Part shown: one piece after another, positions 20,635 to 29,734 of the stretch
Numbering within the stretch: position 1 is the stretch's first letter
Layout of the letters: each line of letters starts with the position of its first letter
NCBI GenBank assembly: GCA_028870995.1
Contig: JAGWOI010000006.1
Location: 19,514-83,513, forward strand
Direction of reading: 5' to 3'
Length of the DNA stretch: 64,000 nucleotides
Source: Candidatus Omnitrophota bacterium
GTDB taxonomy: Bacteria; Omnitrophota; Gorgyraeia; Zapsychrales; Fredricksoniimonadaceae
Notes under the pieces: model-generated
The model's input: only the letters and a program-made list of their open reading frames with translations
Databases searched by the model: none
Told to the model about the DNA's origin: nothing
Translations under genes and position numbers: made by a program

Positions 20635-21315
20635 ATGTCGTCCATTGATTCCCGTATTGCATTAGTCATCACCGACAAAGAAACCAATGCCCAAATTAAA
20701 AGTTTGGACCTGGGGCTTCTTGAACTGCGGGTGGACCTGTTCCACAAACTCGATCCTGACTATATTGTCGATCAGATCAAGCGCCGCAGGCTCCTCGAAA
20801 AGCCGCTACTCTTGACCGTGCGCAACCAGAAGCAGGAGGGGGCACCGCGCACTTTTTCTGACGAACTTAAGTTGCAGATCATCACCGTCGCCTTGCCTTT
20901 GGTGGATATGGTGGACATCGAATTAAGCTCCCGTCTGTTAAAACAGGTGGTGGCCCAGGCCCGCAAGCTTAAAAAGAAGGTCATTGTTTCCAGTCATTTT
21001 CTCAAGGCTACCCCTAAGAATTTGGAAGCTGTTTTCAAAAAATCCCAGAAAGCCGGCGGGGATTTTGTCAAGATCGCGGCCAAGGCCAATGCTTTCGATG
21101 ATGTGATGGCCATGCTGGAGTTTACCCGCCGCCATCTCAAGGCCAATCTCATCACCATGTCGCTGGGGCCCAAGGGTACCGTCTCGCGCCTGCTTTTCCC
21201 GGCCGCCGGCAGCCGCTACACCTACACCTTCCTGACCAAGCCTTCGGCAGAAGGCCAGATCGATGTGCTGACTTTAAAATCCCATCTGAAGCTTTATTAT
21301 TCCCATATTGAATAA
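20635..21315 (+). CDS. aroD: Type I 3-dehydroquinate dehydratase
   Basis: 'ELRVD', 'LLTVR..QEG', 'VDIEL', 'IVSSH', 'VKIA', 'MSLG..G.VSR', 'SAEGQI'. Start moved to ATG 20635, downstream of the hairpin. Confidence 0.88.
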   Translation: MSSIDSRIALVITDKETNAQIKSLDLGLLELRVDLFHKLDPDYIVDQIKRRRLLEKPLLLTVRNQKQEGAPRTFSDELKLQIITVALPLVDMVDIELSSRLLKQVVAQARKLKKKVIVSSHFLKATPKNLEAVFKKSQKAGGDFVKIAAKANAFDDVMAMLEFTRRHLKANLITMSLGPKGTVSRLLFPAAGSRYTYTFLTKPSAEGQIDVLTLKSHLKLYYSHIE

Positions 21316-21336
21316 GTTTGGCCGAGCCTTTATCAT
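21308..21336 (+). promoter_or_regulatory. Sigma70 promoter, probably leaderless, for the first histidine kinase
   Basis: TTGAAT-17bp-TATCAT-6nt-ATG(21343). No SD. Confidence 0.55.
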
Positions 21337-21342
21337 ATAGGC

Positions 21343-22728
21343 ATGGCGGACCAAGACGTCAATGCCCGTTACCGCGCTTATGTGGACGATCTTCTTCTTA
21401 ACCGCATTCGCATTATGGGAGCGGTCGGTATCGTCGTGCACCTGGTCTTTAATGTTCTGGACTGGGTGGCCTATCCTTCCCTTGCCGTTCTTTTTTTAAA
21501 ACTGCGCATCATTGATTCCTTCCTGACGGCCATCCTTTTGATCATCATAAGCGCCAAAAGATTAAGGCCCTGGGTCATTCATATGACAGATGTTATAGGG
21601 ACAATGTTCACCGGGGGCATTATCCTGATGATTTTCTTGGCGGATGGTTCGGCCAGCCGCTATTACGAAGGAGTGAACCTTGTTTTTCTTGGTTTCGGCG
21701 TGGTCAATCCCTTTTATACCAAGCACAATATTTTTTGTTTCGTGCTCTGGATAGCGCTTTATGAAGCGGCGGCCTTGTTCAGCCACAGCCCGTTTCATTT
21801 GATCAATTTCGCCTTTGCCAACCTGTTCATGTGGTCAACGGCCCTGTTTGTCGTGCTCTGGACCACCTTTTACAATATCCAGCACCGCCAGCTGTTCCTG
21901 CGCCATGAAGAGCTCAAGTCCGTTCAGGCCCAGCTGGTCCAGTCAGAAAAAATGGCCTCCATCGGCCAGCTGGCGGCCGGCGTGGCCCATGAGATCAATA
22001 ATCCGCTTGGCTTTATCGGCAATAATACCGAAATCCTGGGGCAATATTTCGGGGATTATGCCAAAATCTTAAAGATGCTGGAAGATTTAAAGAAGAATAT
22101 CGAAGAAGGACGTATCGAGGAGGCGAAAGCCCTTATCGCGCAAATCAACCGGTTTGAGCAGGAGATCCAATTGGATTATGTCATGAATGATGTCGGCACG
22201 CTCCTGCAGCATAATATTAAAGGCATTGAACGCATCCAGAAGATCGTCCTGGATTTAAGGACCTTTGCCCATGAGGGCGGAGATATCATGGATTTGGCCA
22301 GGGTTGAGGACATCATGGACAGTGTCATCAATATCGTCCATAACGAAATCAAATATAAAGCGGAACTAAAAAAAACTTACGGGCAGACCCCGCCGGTCAA
22401 ATGCAACCCGCAAAAAATAGGCCAGGTATTTATTAATTTACTGATCAATGCCGCCCAGGCCATTGAGAAAACAGGGACCATTGAGGTCAAGACATACCGT
22501 CAGCAAGGGTATGCGTGCATCGATGTCCGGGATACCGGCCATGGGATCAAAGAAGAGTATTTAAAAAAGATATTCGAACCCTTCTTTACCACCAAACCGG
22601 TGGGTAAAGGCACTGGGCTTGGCTTAAGCGTTAGTTATGAAATCATCAAAAAACACGGAGGGCAGATAAAGGTCCAGTCCCAATTAGGGCAGGGGACGAC
22701 CTTTACGGTCATGCTTCCGTCGACTTAA
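21343..22728 (+). CDS. Intramembrane-sensing histidine kinase (multi-TM, HisKA, HATPase)
   Basis: About six TM helices, H-box 'GVAHEINNP', N/G1/F/G2 boxes. Confidence 0.92.
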   Translation: MADQDVNARYRAYVDDLLLNRIRIMGAVGIVVHLVFNVLDWVAYPSLAVLFLKLRIIDSFLTAILLIIISAKRLRPWVIHMTDVIGTMFTGGIILMIFLADGSASRYYEGVNLVFLGFGVVNPFYTKHNIFCFVLWIALYEAAALFSHSPFHLINFAFANLFMWSTALFVVLWTTFYNIQHRQLFLRHEELKSVQAQLVQSEKMASIGQLAAGVAHEINNPLGFIGNNTEILGQYFGDYAKILKMLEDLKKNIEEGRIEEAKALIAQINRFEQEIQLDYVMNDVGTLLQHNIKGIERIQKIVLDLRTFAHEGGDIMDLARVEDIMDSVINIVHNEIKYKAELKKTYGQTPPVKCNPQKIGQVFINLLINAAQAIEKTGTIEVKTYRQQGYACIDVRDTGHGIKEEYLKKIFEPFFTTKPVGKGTGLGLSVSYEIIKKHGGQIKVQSQLGQGTTFTVMLPST

Positions 22729-22810
22729 AATTCTATAATATTTTTATATTGGAATATTCGGATAATATAAAATAATTCAAAGAATATTTTTCCAAACGGA
22801 CTCGAGTTTT

Positions 22811-24790
22811 ATGACGCTAAAGTACAAATTAACATTTATGATCATGGCCTTTAGTATCGCTTCCCTGCTGGCGGCAAGCACCGCCTTTATGGTTTATGAT
22901 CTCAATGTTTTTAAATCAAGGATGATCAGGGACCTGGGCGCCCTGGCCCAGATCATAGGGAATAATGCCTCGACGGCCATCCAGTCTGATGACCAGCAAA
23001 CGGCCAGGACGATCCTTTCCGCGCTTAAGGCCAAGCCGCACATAGTGGCCGCATACCTGTTGAAACCGGACGGGACCAGGATCGCAGCTTACAATCGTGA
23101 CAAGAACGAGCCCCAACTGACAGCTCTTTACAGCAGCGAAGGAGGGTTTTTTGCCAACAATCGCTTTACTTTGTTCAAGAGCATTCTTTTAAGAAATAAA
23201 AAGATCGGCAGTATCTACATTGAATCCGATCCTGGTGAATTCTATGTCCGCTTGCGGTATAATTTGATGGCCTTGGCCGTCATTATTTTGGCGGTTTCAA
23301 TAGGGGTTTTCCTGACAGCGTCGCTGCTGCAGGGATTGATTTCCGAGCCGATCCTTCAACTGGTCCAGACCACCAAAAACGTCTCCCAAACTCAGAATTA
23401 TTCCATTGAACTGCCCCGGCAGGGTCGTGATGAGATCGGCCAGCTTTTTGAGGGGTTTAACCAGATGATGAGGCAGATCCAACTTCGGGATGTGCAGTTG
23501 ACCGAGGCCAAAAAGGACCTGGAGCAGCGCGTTTTGAAACGTACCGAAGAGCTAAGGAAGACCAACGAAGAACTCACCCAGTTGCTGTCCCTGCATGACG
23601 CCACCCTGGAAGCCACCGCCGACGGCATTCTGGTGGTCGATTTAAAGGGGCGCGTCATGAGCTACAACAGTAATTTTTTGAAATTGTGGAAGATGCCCGA
23701 TTCGGTGGCCGCTGGAGGGGAAGACGAAAAGCTTATCATGTATTCCCGTAATCAGGTGGCGGACCAGGAGCATTTCGTGAACGTCATCCGCGAACACTAC
23801 GCACATCCGGAAGAATCCTATTATGACCTTTTGGAACTCAAAGACGGCAGGACCTTTGAGAGGGCTTCCCGCCCCCAGAAGGTCGGGGATAAGGTCGTGG
23901 GGCGGGTCTGGAGTTTTCATGATATCACCAAACGCAAACGCTATGAAGAAGAGATCAAAAGGGCCTATGAAGAACTTAAAACCATCCAGGCCCAGCTCAT
24001 CCAATCGGAGAAAATGGCCTCCATCGGCCAACTGGCGGCCGGCGTGGCCCATGAAATCAACAACCCCGTGGGTTTTATCGGCAATAACCTGGAACTTTTG
24101 ACGCAGTATATCGGTGAGTATAACAAGATCCTCCGGATGCTGGAAATCCTTAAGGAAGAGTTCCACGAGGGCAAGATGGAAAAGGCCAAAGCGGTGATTG
24201 AGGAAATAGATCGGTTCCAGGAAGAAATTCAACTGGACTATGTGATGAGCGATATCGATAAATTATTGGAACATAATCACCGGGGGATCGAACGCATCCA
24301 GAAAATCGTCATGGATTTGAAGACCTTTGCCCACGAAGGCAAGGATGCCATGGATTATGTCAAAGTGGAAGATATTATCGACAGTGTCACCAGTATTGTC
24401 CATAACGAGCTTAAATACAAGGCCGAGCTCGTCAAGAATTACGGCCAGACACCCAAGGTCAAATGCAGTCCTCAGCGCATAGGGCAGGTGTTCATTAATC
24501 TGCTGGTGAATGCCGCCCAGGCCATCAAAGACAAGGGGACGATCGAAATTACGACTTACTGCCGTGATAATTATGTTGGCGTCGATGTCAAGGACACCGG
24601 CGAGGGCATTAAGGAAGAGTATCTAAAGAAAATATTTGATCCGTTCTTTACGACTAAACCGGTCGGGAAGGGGACCGGCTTAGGCTTAAGCGTCAGCCAC
24701 GAAATCATCAAAAAGCACCAGGGAGATATCCGGGTCCTCTCCAAAGTGGGCGAGGGAACCACCTTTACGGTTCTGTTGCCGACCGCCTAG
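22811..24790 (+). CDS. Histidine kinase with periplasmic Cache/CHASE-type sensor, HAMP and PAS
   Basis: TM-periplasmic-TM, HAMP 'DEIGQLFEGFNQM', PAS 'ADGILVVD...FHDIT', H-box 'AHEINNP'. Confidence 0.92.
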   Translation: MTLKYKLTFMIMAFSIASLLAASTAFMVYDLNVFKSRMIRDLGALAQIIGNNASTAIQSDDQQTARTILSALKAKPHIVAAYLLKPDGTRIAAYNRDKNEPQLTALYSSEGGFFANNRFTLFKSILLRNKKIGSIYIESDPGEFYVRLRYNLMALAVIILAVSIGVFLTASLLQGLISEPILQLVQTTKNVSQTQNYSIELPRQGRDEIGQLFEGFNQMMRQIQLRDVQLTEAKKDLEQRVLKRTEELRKTNEELTQLLSLHDATLEATADGILVVDLKGRVMSYNSNFLKLWKMPDSVAAGGEDEKLIMYSRNQVADQEHFVNVIREHYAHPEESYYDLLELKDGRTFERASRPQKVGDKVVGRVWSFHDITKRKRYEEEIKRAYEELKTIQAQLIQSEKMASIGQLAAGVAHEINNPVGFIGNNLELLTQYIGEYNKILRMLEILKEEFHEGKMEKAKAVIEEIDRFQEEIQLDYVMSDIDKLLEHNHRGIERIQKIVMDLKTFAHEGKDAMDYVKVEDIIDSVTSIVHNELKYKAELVKNYGQTPKVKCSPQRIGQVFINLLVNAAQAIKDKGTIEITTYCRDNYVGVDVKDTGEGIKEEYLKKIFDPFFTTKPVGKGTGLGLSVSHEIIKKHQGDIRVLSKVGEGTTFTVLLPTA

Positions 24791-24809
24791 TATACTGTGT
24801 GCCCCTGCC

Positions 24810-24838
24810 TTGACAACCCTGCTTTTATCGGGTATATT
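24810..24838 (+). promoter_or_regulatory. Sigma70 promoter for the receiver cluster
   Basis: TTGACA-17bp-TATATT. Confidence 0.7.
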
Positions 24839-24913
24839 TCAAAATAGGAGAACTAAGAAAAACAGGAGATTCGTAATTAATAAGAGAATCCCATTAATTC
24901 CAAAGGAGATTCT

Positions 24914-25303
24914 ATGGCCAAGATATTAATCGTTGACGATGACCAGAACCTGACCTATGTCACCAAGATGGCCTTGGACCAGCAAGGCTATGGTGTGGCG
25001 GTCTGTCACCGTGCCGATCAATTGGCCAATGAGATCCTGGAGAAAAAACCCGACCTGATTTTGATGGACATCATGATGCCGGGAGTCAGCGGTGCGGAGG
25101 CCGTCCGGACTCTCAGGAAGGACCCTCATTCAAAAAATATTCCCGTTATTTTTCTGACCGGTTTGATTTCCAGCAATGAAGATGATGTGGAGCAGACGGG
25201 GATCAATATTGACGGAACCATCTACCAGACACTGGGCAAGCCCTACGAGATCAATGATTTATTAAAAGCGGTAAAGGATAATCTGGCCCGGTCATCGAGG
25301 TAA
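24914..25303 (+). CDS. Single-domain response regulator
   Basis: 'ILIVDDD', 'PDLILMDIMMP', 'IFLT', 'KPY'. Confidence 0.9.
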   Translation: MAKILIVDDDQNLTYVTKMALDQQGYGVAVCHRADQLANEILEKKPDLILMDIMMPGVSGAEAVRTLRKDPHSKNIPVIFLTGLISSNEDDVEQTGINIDGTIYQTLGKPYEINDLLKAVKDNLARSSR

Positions 25304-25308
25304 AGCCG

Positions 25309-25890
25309 ATGGAACGAAAAGCGTTGACCACTTATGAAGTTGCCCGGTACTGCCATGTAACCCCCCGCACCGCCAACCAATGGATCAACGAAGGCAAGCT
25401 GAAAGCCTACCGCACTCCGGGAAAGCACAGCCGGGTCGAAGTGAAAGATTTTTTGGATTTTTTGGCGCAATACAATATGCCGGTCCCTGATGAGTTAATG
25501 TCATCGAGAGAGATCAGAAAACGGATATTGATTGTCGATGATGATAGGGGGATCGTGGATTCCATCCGGCGGTTTCTGGTCAGGGAAAAGGTTTACGCCA
25601 TCGAGATCGCCTATGACGGCTTCGAGGCGGGCCAGAAATTCACCGCTTTCAAACCGGATCTGGTCATTTTGGACATCAAGATGCCCGGCTTAAACGGCTA
25701 TGAGGTTTGTTCCCGTCTCCGTACTAACCCCCAGAACAAGAATGTGAGCATTCTGCTTATTTCGGGAATCACTGACCAGTCCGGTTTGAGCCAGGCCAGG
25801 GGCGCCGGAGCGGATGACTATCTTGAAAAGCCGTTCAGCAACGCTTCCTTGAAGCAGAATATAGAGGCCCTTTTAAAGGTAACAGCATGA
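25309..25890 (+). CDS. Response regulator with N-terminal excisionase/MerR-like HTH and C-terminal receiver
   Basis: 'LTTYEVARYCHVTPRT..QWI..GKLKAYRTPGKHSR' followed by a REC domain. Confidence 0.9.
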   Translation: MERKALTTYEVARYCHVTPRTANQWINEGKLKAYRTPGKHSRVEVKDFLDFLAQYNMPVPDELMSSREIRKRILIVDDDRGIVDSIRRFLVREKVYAIEIAYDGFEAGQKFTAFKPDLVILDIKMPGLNGYEVCSRLRTNPQNKNVSILLISGITDQSGLSQARGAGADDYLEKPFSNASLKQNIEALLKVTA

Positions 25891-25926
25891 AGTCTGCTGT
25901 AATTAAAGAATTGGAAGGAGCCGTCC

Positions 25927-26394
25927 ATGGTCGATATAAAGAAAGTGGAACATCGTTCTAAAAACGTCAAAGCCAAGGATTTGATGTCCCGTTTTGCCAT
26001 CACCATCAAGGAAGGCGAGTCAGTCATGAATCTCGCGCATTTGATGATGCGGTTTAAAATCAGCGGTGTGCCTGTTGCGGACAAAAATGGGGAAATCTGC
26101 GGCATCGCCACTGCCACGGACCTGTTCAATTTGATGAAAAAGATCGTCATCGACATCGACCAGGGAAAAAGCCCGCTTCATTATTCGGGCTTGAGGGTTG
26201 CTGAGATCATGACGAAGGATGTCGTGACAATCACGGAAGAAACCAGCCTTTACGAGATGATGAAGATCATGTGTGACAAGAATATCCATACCCTGCCGGT
26301 CATGGTGATTTCCAAGAAGGAAATCGTCGGAGTGATCGGCCGGAGGGACATCATCAATGCCTTTTATGTCGGATTAAACGACCGAAAGCCTTAG
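25927..26394 (+). CDS. CBS-pair domain protein
   Basis: 'AKDLM', 'ISGVPV', 'VAEIMTKDVVT', 'IHTLPV', 'GVIGRRD'. Confidence 0.9.
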   Translation: MVDIKKVEHRSKNVKAKDLMSRFAITIKEGESVMNLAHLMMRFKISGVPVADKNGEICGIATATDLFNLMKKIVIDIDQGKSPLHYSGLRVAEIMTKDVVTITEETSLYEMMKIMCDKNIHTLPVMVISKKEIVGVIGRRDIINAFYVGLNDRKP

Positions 26395-26408
26395 AAAGGG
26401 GTGGCCCC

Positions 26409-27572
26409 ATGCCCAACAAGGAAATCCAAGTCCTGTTTTTGGACGATGAGCAAAGCATCGTCGACGGTCTCCAGCGGTTGTTTATGCGGGAATCCTTCGG
26501 TGTTTTTGCCACCACCAATGTCAATGAAGCCAGGGATGTCCTGGCCAAGGAAAAGGTCAAGGTGGTGGTCAGCGATTACCGCATGCCGGAGGTTTCGGGG
26601 GTCAAGTTTTTAGGGGAAGTCAAAGACAAGTACCCTGATGTGGTCAAAATCCTTTTTACAGGCTACACCGATTTTTCCGCCGCCGAGGAGGCCATCAATG
26701 TGGGCGAGGTGTACCGTTTCATCAGTAAGCCCTGGAAGACGACGGAATTGCTGCACACCATCCGCCAGAGCATCGAGCACTACGACCTGGTGCTGGAGGC
26801 CAAGACCAAGAGGGAGGAATTGGAGATCAGCAACAAGAAATTGAAGGCCATGTATGAAATACAAAAAGAGTTCACCTCCACCGTTTCCCATGAATTGAGG
26901 ACACCATTAGCCTCCATCAAGACCGGGGTTGACCTTGTGATCAAGAAAATGGTGGGCGAGCTTAATCCCCAACAGGAGGACATCCTGGGGCGGGTCAAGA
27001 CCGAGGTGGACCGCCTCAAGAGGCTCATCAATGATATCCTGGACTTGACCAAGATGGAGTCTGGAAAACTCCAGATGAATTTCATGCCCAACAACGTCAA
27101 TAACGTCGTCAAACAGACCGTGGAATCCCAGAAAGACGTCGCGCAGACTAAGGGGCTTTATCTGAAAACGGAATTGGATGAAAGTCTCCCCCTGGTGCCT
27201 TTTGACAATGACCGTCTTGTCCAGGTCATGAATAACCTTTTAAGTAATGCCATCAAATTCACCAAACAGGGAGGCATTACCGTGTCCACGGCCAATAAAT
27301 CCGCGAATAACCACATCCTGGTTTGCGTCAAGGACACCGGCAAAGGGATCGCAGAATCCGACCAGCCCAAGTTGTTCGGGAAATTCCAGCAAATCGAGTC
27401 CGTGGAAAAGAATGAAGAAGGGGGCACCGGCCTTGGGCTTGCCATCTGCAAGGAAATCGTCGAGCGCCATGGCGGGAAAATTTGGGTGGAATCAAAGGTC
27501 GGGGAGGGGACGACCTTCGCTTTTATTTTGCCTATTCAAGAAAGAAGGTCGCCCGATGTGGTTAAAGTTTAA
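26409..27572 (+). CDS. Cytoplasmic hybrid receiver-histidine kinase
   Basis: REC 'VVSDYRMP', H-box 'VSHELRTPL', 'NAIKFT', 'GTGLGL'. Confidence 0.92.
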   Translation: MPNKEIQVLFLDDEQSIVDGLQRLFMRESFGVFATTNVNEARDVLAKEKVKVVVSDYRMPEVSGVKFLGEVKDKYPDVVKILFTGYTDFSAAEEAINVGEVYRFISKPWKTTELLHTIRQSIEHYDLVLEAKTKREELEISNKKLKAMYEIQKEFTSTVSHELRTPLASIKTGVDLVIKKMVGELNPQQEDILGRVKTEVDRLKRLINDILDLTKMESGKLQMNFMPNNVNNVVKQTVESQKDVAQTKGLYLKTELDESLPLVPFDNDRLVQVMNNLLSNAIKFTKQGGITVSTANKSANNHILVCVKDTGKGIAESDQPKLFGKFQQIESVEKNEEGGTGLGLAICKEIVERHGGKIWVESKVGEGTTFAFILPIQERRSPDVVKV

Positions 27573-27582
27573 GTAAGGGGAC

Positions 27583-27611
27583 AAATTTATTAACCTGTTA
27601 AATTTATTAAC
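27583..27611 (+). repeat. 12-bp direct repeat with 17-bp period upstream of the tandem-receiver gene
   Basis: AAATTTATTAAC at 27583 and 27600. Confidence 0.6.
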
Positions 27612-27632
27612 TGTGAGAAGGGAGAATACGCT

Positions 27633-28403
27633 ATGAGCAGCGCAAAAACCATCCTGGTGATCGACGATGAAGTCAACCTGCAGACCATGGTCAAGATGAC
27701 CCTGCAGACCAGACAGTACAATGTGGTGCTCGCCGGCAACGGCCTCGAAGGCCTGGAACAGCTTAAGACCGTCAAGCCTGACCTGATCATCCTGGACATG
27801 AACATGCCCAAGATGGGAGGGTTGGAATTCTACCAGCGCATCTGCGAGGACAACCGGCCCAAATACCCGGTGCTGGTTTTGACCGCCCGGGCCAACATGG
27901 AACAGCTGTTCAAGCAATTTAATATCGACGGTTTCATGTCCAAGCCCTTTGAGATCGAGGATCTGCTCAAGGAGGTGGACACCATTATCGCGAAGAATTC
28001 CGGCATTAAAATAACGACTACAGGGTCCAGGGAAACCAGGAAGGTGTGCATCGTCGAGAACAACCAGGAGGTGCTTAACCAGATCGGCGGGGCATTCTTG
28101 AGCGCCGGTTATACTGTCAATCCCGCCCGCAACGGGGTGGACGGCATCGAACGCATCGCCAATACGGTGCCGGACATCGCCCTGGTAAAGTTGGGCCTGG
28201 TGGATATTGCCGGGGACATGGTGATCACCAAGCTTAAAAATATGGCGAAAACCCGTGACGTCAAATACATTTTGTACACCGAGAAAAGCCCTGAAAAAAC
28301 CGCTATCGCACGCAAGATCGGCCAAAAAGAGGGGGTGGACCGTTTCGTGGAATTCACCAGCCCTAAGGACTTTATCGACGCCGCCGCTGAGCTGCTGGCG
28401 TAA
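27633..28403 (+). CDS. Tandem receiver-domain protein, second domain degenerate
   Basis: First REC 'PDLIILDMNMP'. Second REC-like 'PDIALVKLGL'. Confidence 0.85.
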   Translation: MSSAKTILVIDDEVNLQTMVKMTLQTRQYNVVLAGNGLEGLEQLKTVKPDLIILDMNMPKMGGLEFYQRICEDNRPKYPVLVLTARANMEQLFKQFNIDGFMSKPFEIEDLLKEVDTIIAKNSGIKITTTGSRETRKVCIVENNQEVLNQIGGAFLSAGYTVNPARNGVDGIERIANTVPDIALVKLGLVDIAGDMVITKLKNMAKTRDVKYILYTEKSPEKTAIARKIGQKEGVDRFVEFTSPKDFIDAAAELLA

Positions 28404-28415
28404 AGGCTCAAAACT

Positions 28416-28799
28416 ATGGCAAAAATAATGATCGTTGATGACGATGAGGGGATGGCGGATGCCACCCGCAGGATCCTGGTCAAGAACGGCTATGAGGTGG
28501 CGGTCTTCCTGGACGGCCGTTCGGCGATCGAGGGGGCCAGGAAGCAGAAACCTGACCTGATCCTCATGGACATGATGATGCCTGCCTTCGGAGGAGATGA
28601 AGCCATTCAGGAGTTAAACCGGATCCCGGAGTTAAAAGAAGTTCCAATCATTATCCTGACAGGCCTCCTTTCTCCCAGTGAATATATGGAGATGACCAGG
28701 ATCGCCGTGGGAGGGAAAGCTTACAAAACCCTTTGCAAACCTTACGAGTCCAATGAATTGTTAAGATTGGTCAGGGAATCTTTATGGAGGTTGAAATAG
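28416..28799 (+). CDS. Single-domain response regulator, paralog of 24914
   Basis: 'IMIVDDD', 'PDLILMDMMMP', 'ILTGL', 'KPY'. Confidence 0.9.
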   Translation: MAKIMIVDDDEGMADATRRILVKNGYEVAVFLDGRSAIEGARKQKPDLILMDMMMPAFGGDEAIQELNRIPELKEVPIIILTGLLSPSEYMEMTRIAVGGKAYKTLCKPYESNELLRLVRESLWRLK

Positions 28800-28844
28800 C
28801 CCCGGTGTTGGCGCCCGCGCATTTTATCATGTATACTAAAAGCC

Positions 28845-29324
28845 ATGTGGAGCCTTGTCTTCAAAGGGATTATTGGCATACTGGCCGCCCTCCTTATAGC
28901 CGTTGATGTCCAACTGACCATCGTCTGCCGCCAGCAAAAAGCCGCCATCGATGCGATCAAGGAAAAGCAGGACGTCGAAGCGGAATTCAACAGCCGTAAA
29001 TTTAATTACCAGCAGGATCAGATTGAGCATTTGAGCCGCAGTTTACAAGACATTTCCCGCCAAATTAACGCCCAACAGGACGAAAACAAGTCCATCGAGA
29101 CCGATATGGTGGACATCAAAGCCGAGGCCGATGCCGTTAAACAGCAAGCCCAAGGCTGGCAGAAGGACTATGTCTCTGTGCTGGCCCAGTTTGAAAAAAA
29201 GCTGGATGAGGCACAGGGAGAGATCAAATCCCTGGAAAAGAGTGTTGCTGCTTTAAAAATACCCCGTTCCACGGACAACGGAACGTCCGCCGTTGCTGTC
29301 CCGGCTGCGCCTGAAGCAAATTAG
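28845..29324 (+). CDS. Membrane-anchored coiled-coil hypothetical protein
   Basis: N-terminal TM then heptad-rich Q/E/K sequence. TATACT lies 7 nt upstream of the ATG. Confidence 0.7.
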   Translation: MWSLVFKGIIGILAALLIAVDVQLTIVCRQQKAAIDAIKEKQDVEAEFNSRKFNYQQDQIEHLSRSLQDISRQINAQQDENKSIETDMVDIKAEADAVKQQAQGWQKDYVSVLAQFEKKLDEAQGEIKSLEKSVAALKIPRSTDNGTSAVAVPAAPEAN

Positions 29325-29419
29325 AGAAGTTTACTTTCCGAAGTTTATGTTATAATATCCGCCTCAATAACGGTTTTAAGAAGGGGAAGGTTAAGAAGTA
29401 CCATGGAAAGGCCCGGTTA

Positions 29420-29734
29420 ATGAGAATTCTTTTTATTTTGGTATTAAGTCTGGTTTTTACCGGCTGTGCGCATCTCCCTGCAAGGGAAAAACCCCTGGTG
29501 GAGCCGCGTTTCGGCATGAGCAAGGAGCAGCTCATTGAAAGCATGGGACCTCCGGACAGGACCGAGCTTTATAAGAGGGAGGACCAGAGCCGTTATGAAT
29601 TCGATATTTATATCAGGCAATATCCCGCCGGCCGCTATGTGCTTCCCGTGTGCGTCACCGGCAATAAAGTGGTGGGATGGGGACGCTCTTATTACCAGGA
29701 CCATATCAGGCCGGATGATATCAGGATAAGATGA
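29420..29734 (+). CDS. Small lipoprotein (SmpA/BamE- or DUF3192-like)
   Basis: Lipobox 'VFTGC', 'GMSKEQLIESMGPPD', 'KVVGWG'. Extended -10 TGTTATAAT at 29348-29356. Confidence 0.65.
   Translation: MRILFILVLSLVFTGCAHLPAREKPLVEPRFGMSKEQLIESMGPPDRTELYKREDQSRYEFDIYIRQYPAGRYVLPVCVTGNKVVGWGRSYYQDHIRPDDIRIR

Noticed and set aside
19628-20662. 344-aa minus-strand ORF opposite rpoD
   Set aside because: Antisense shadow of a conserved, codon-biased gene. No recognisable motifs.
25309-25470. Excisionase-like HTH as evidence of a mobile element
   Set aside because: It is fused to a receiver domain within a signalling cluster. No integrase or att site nearby.
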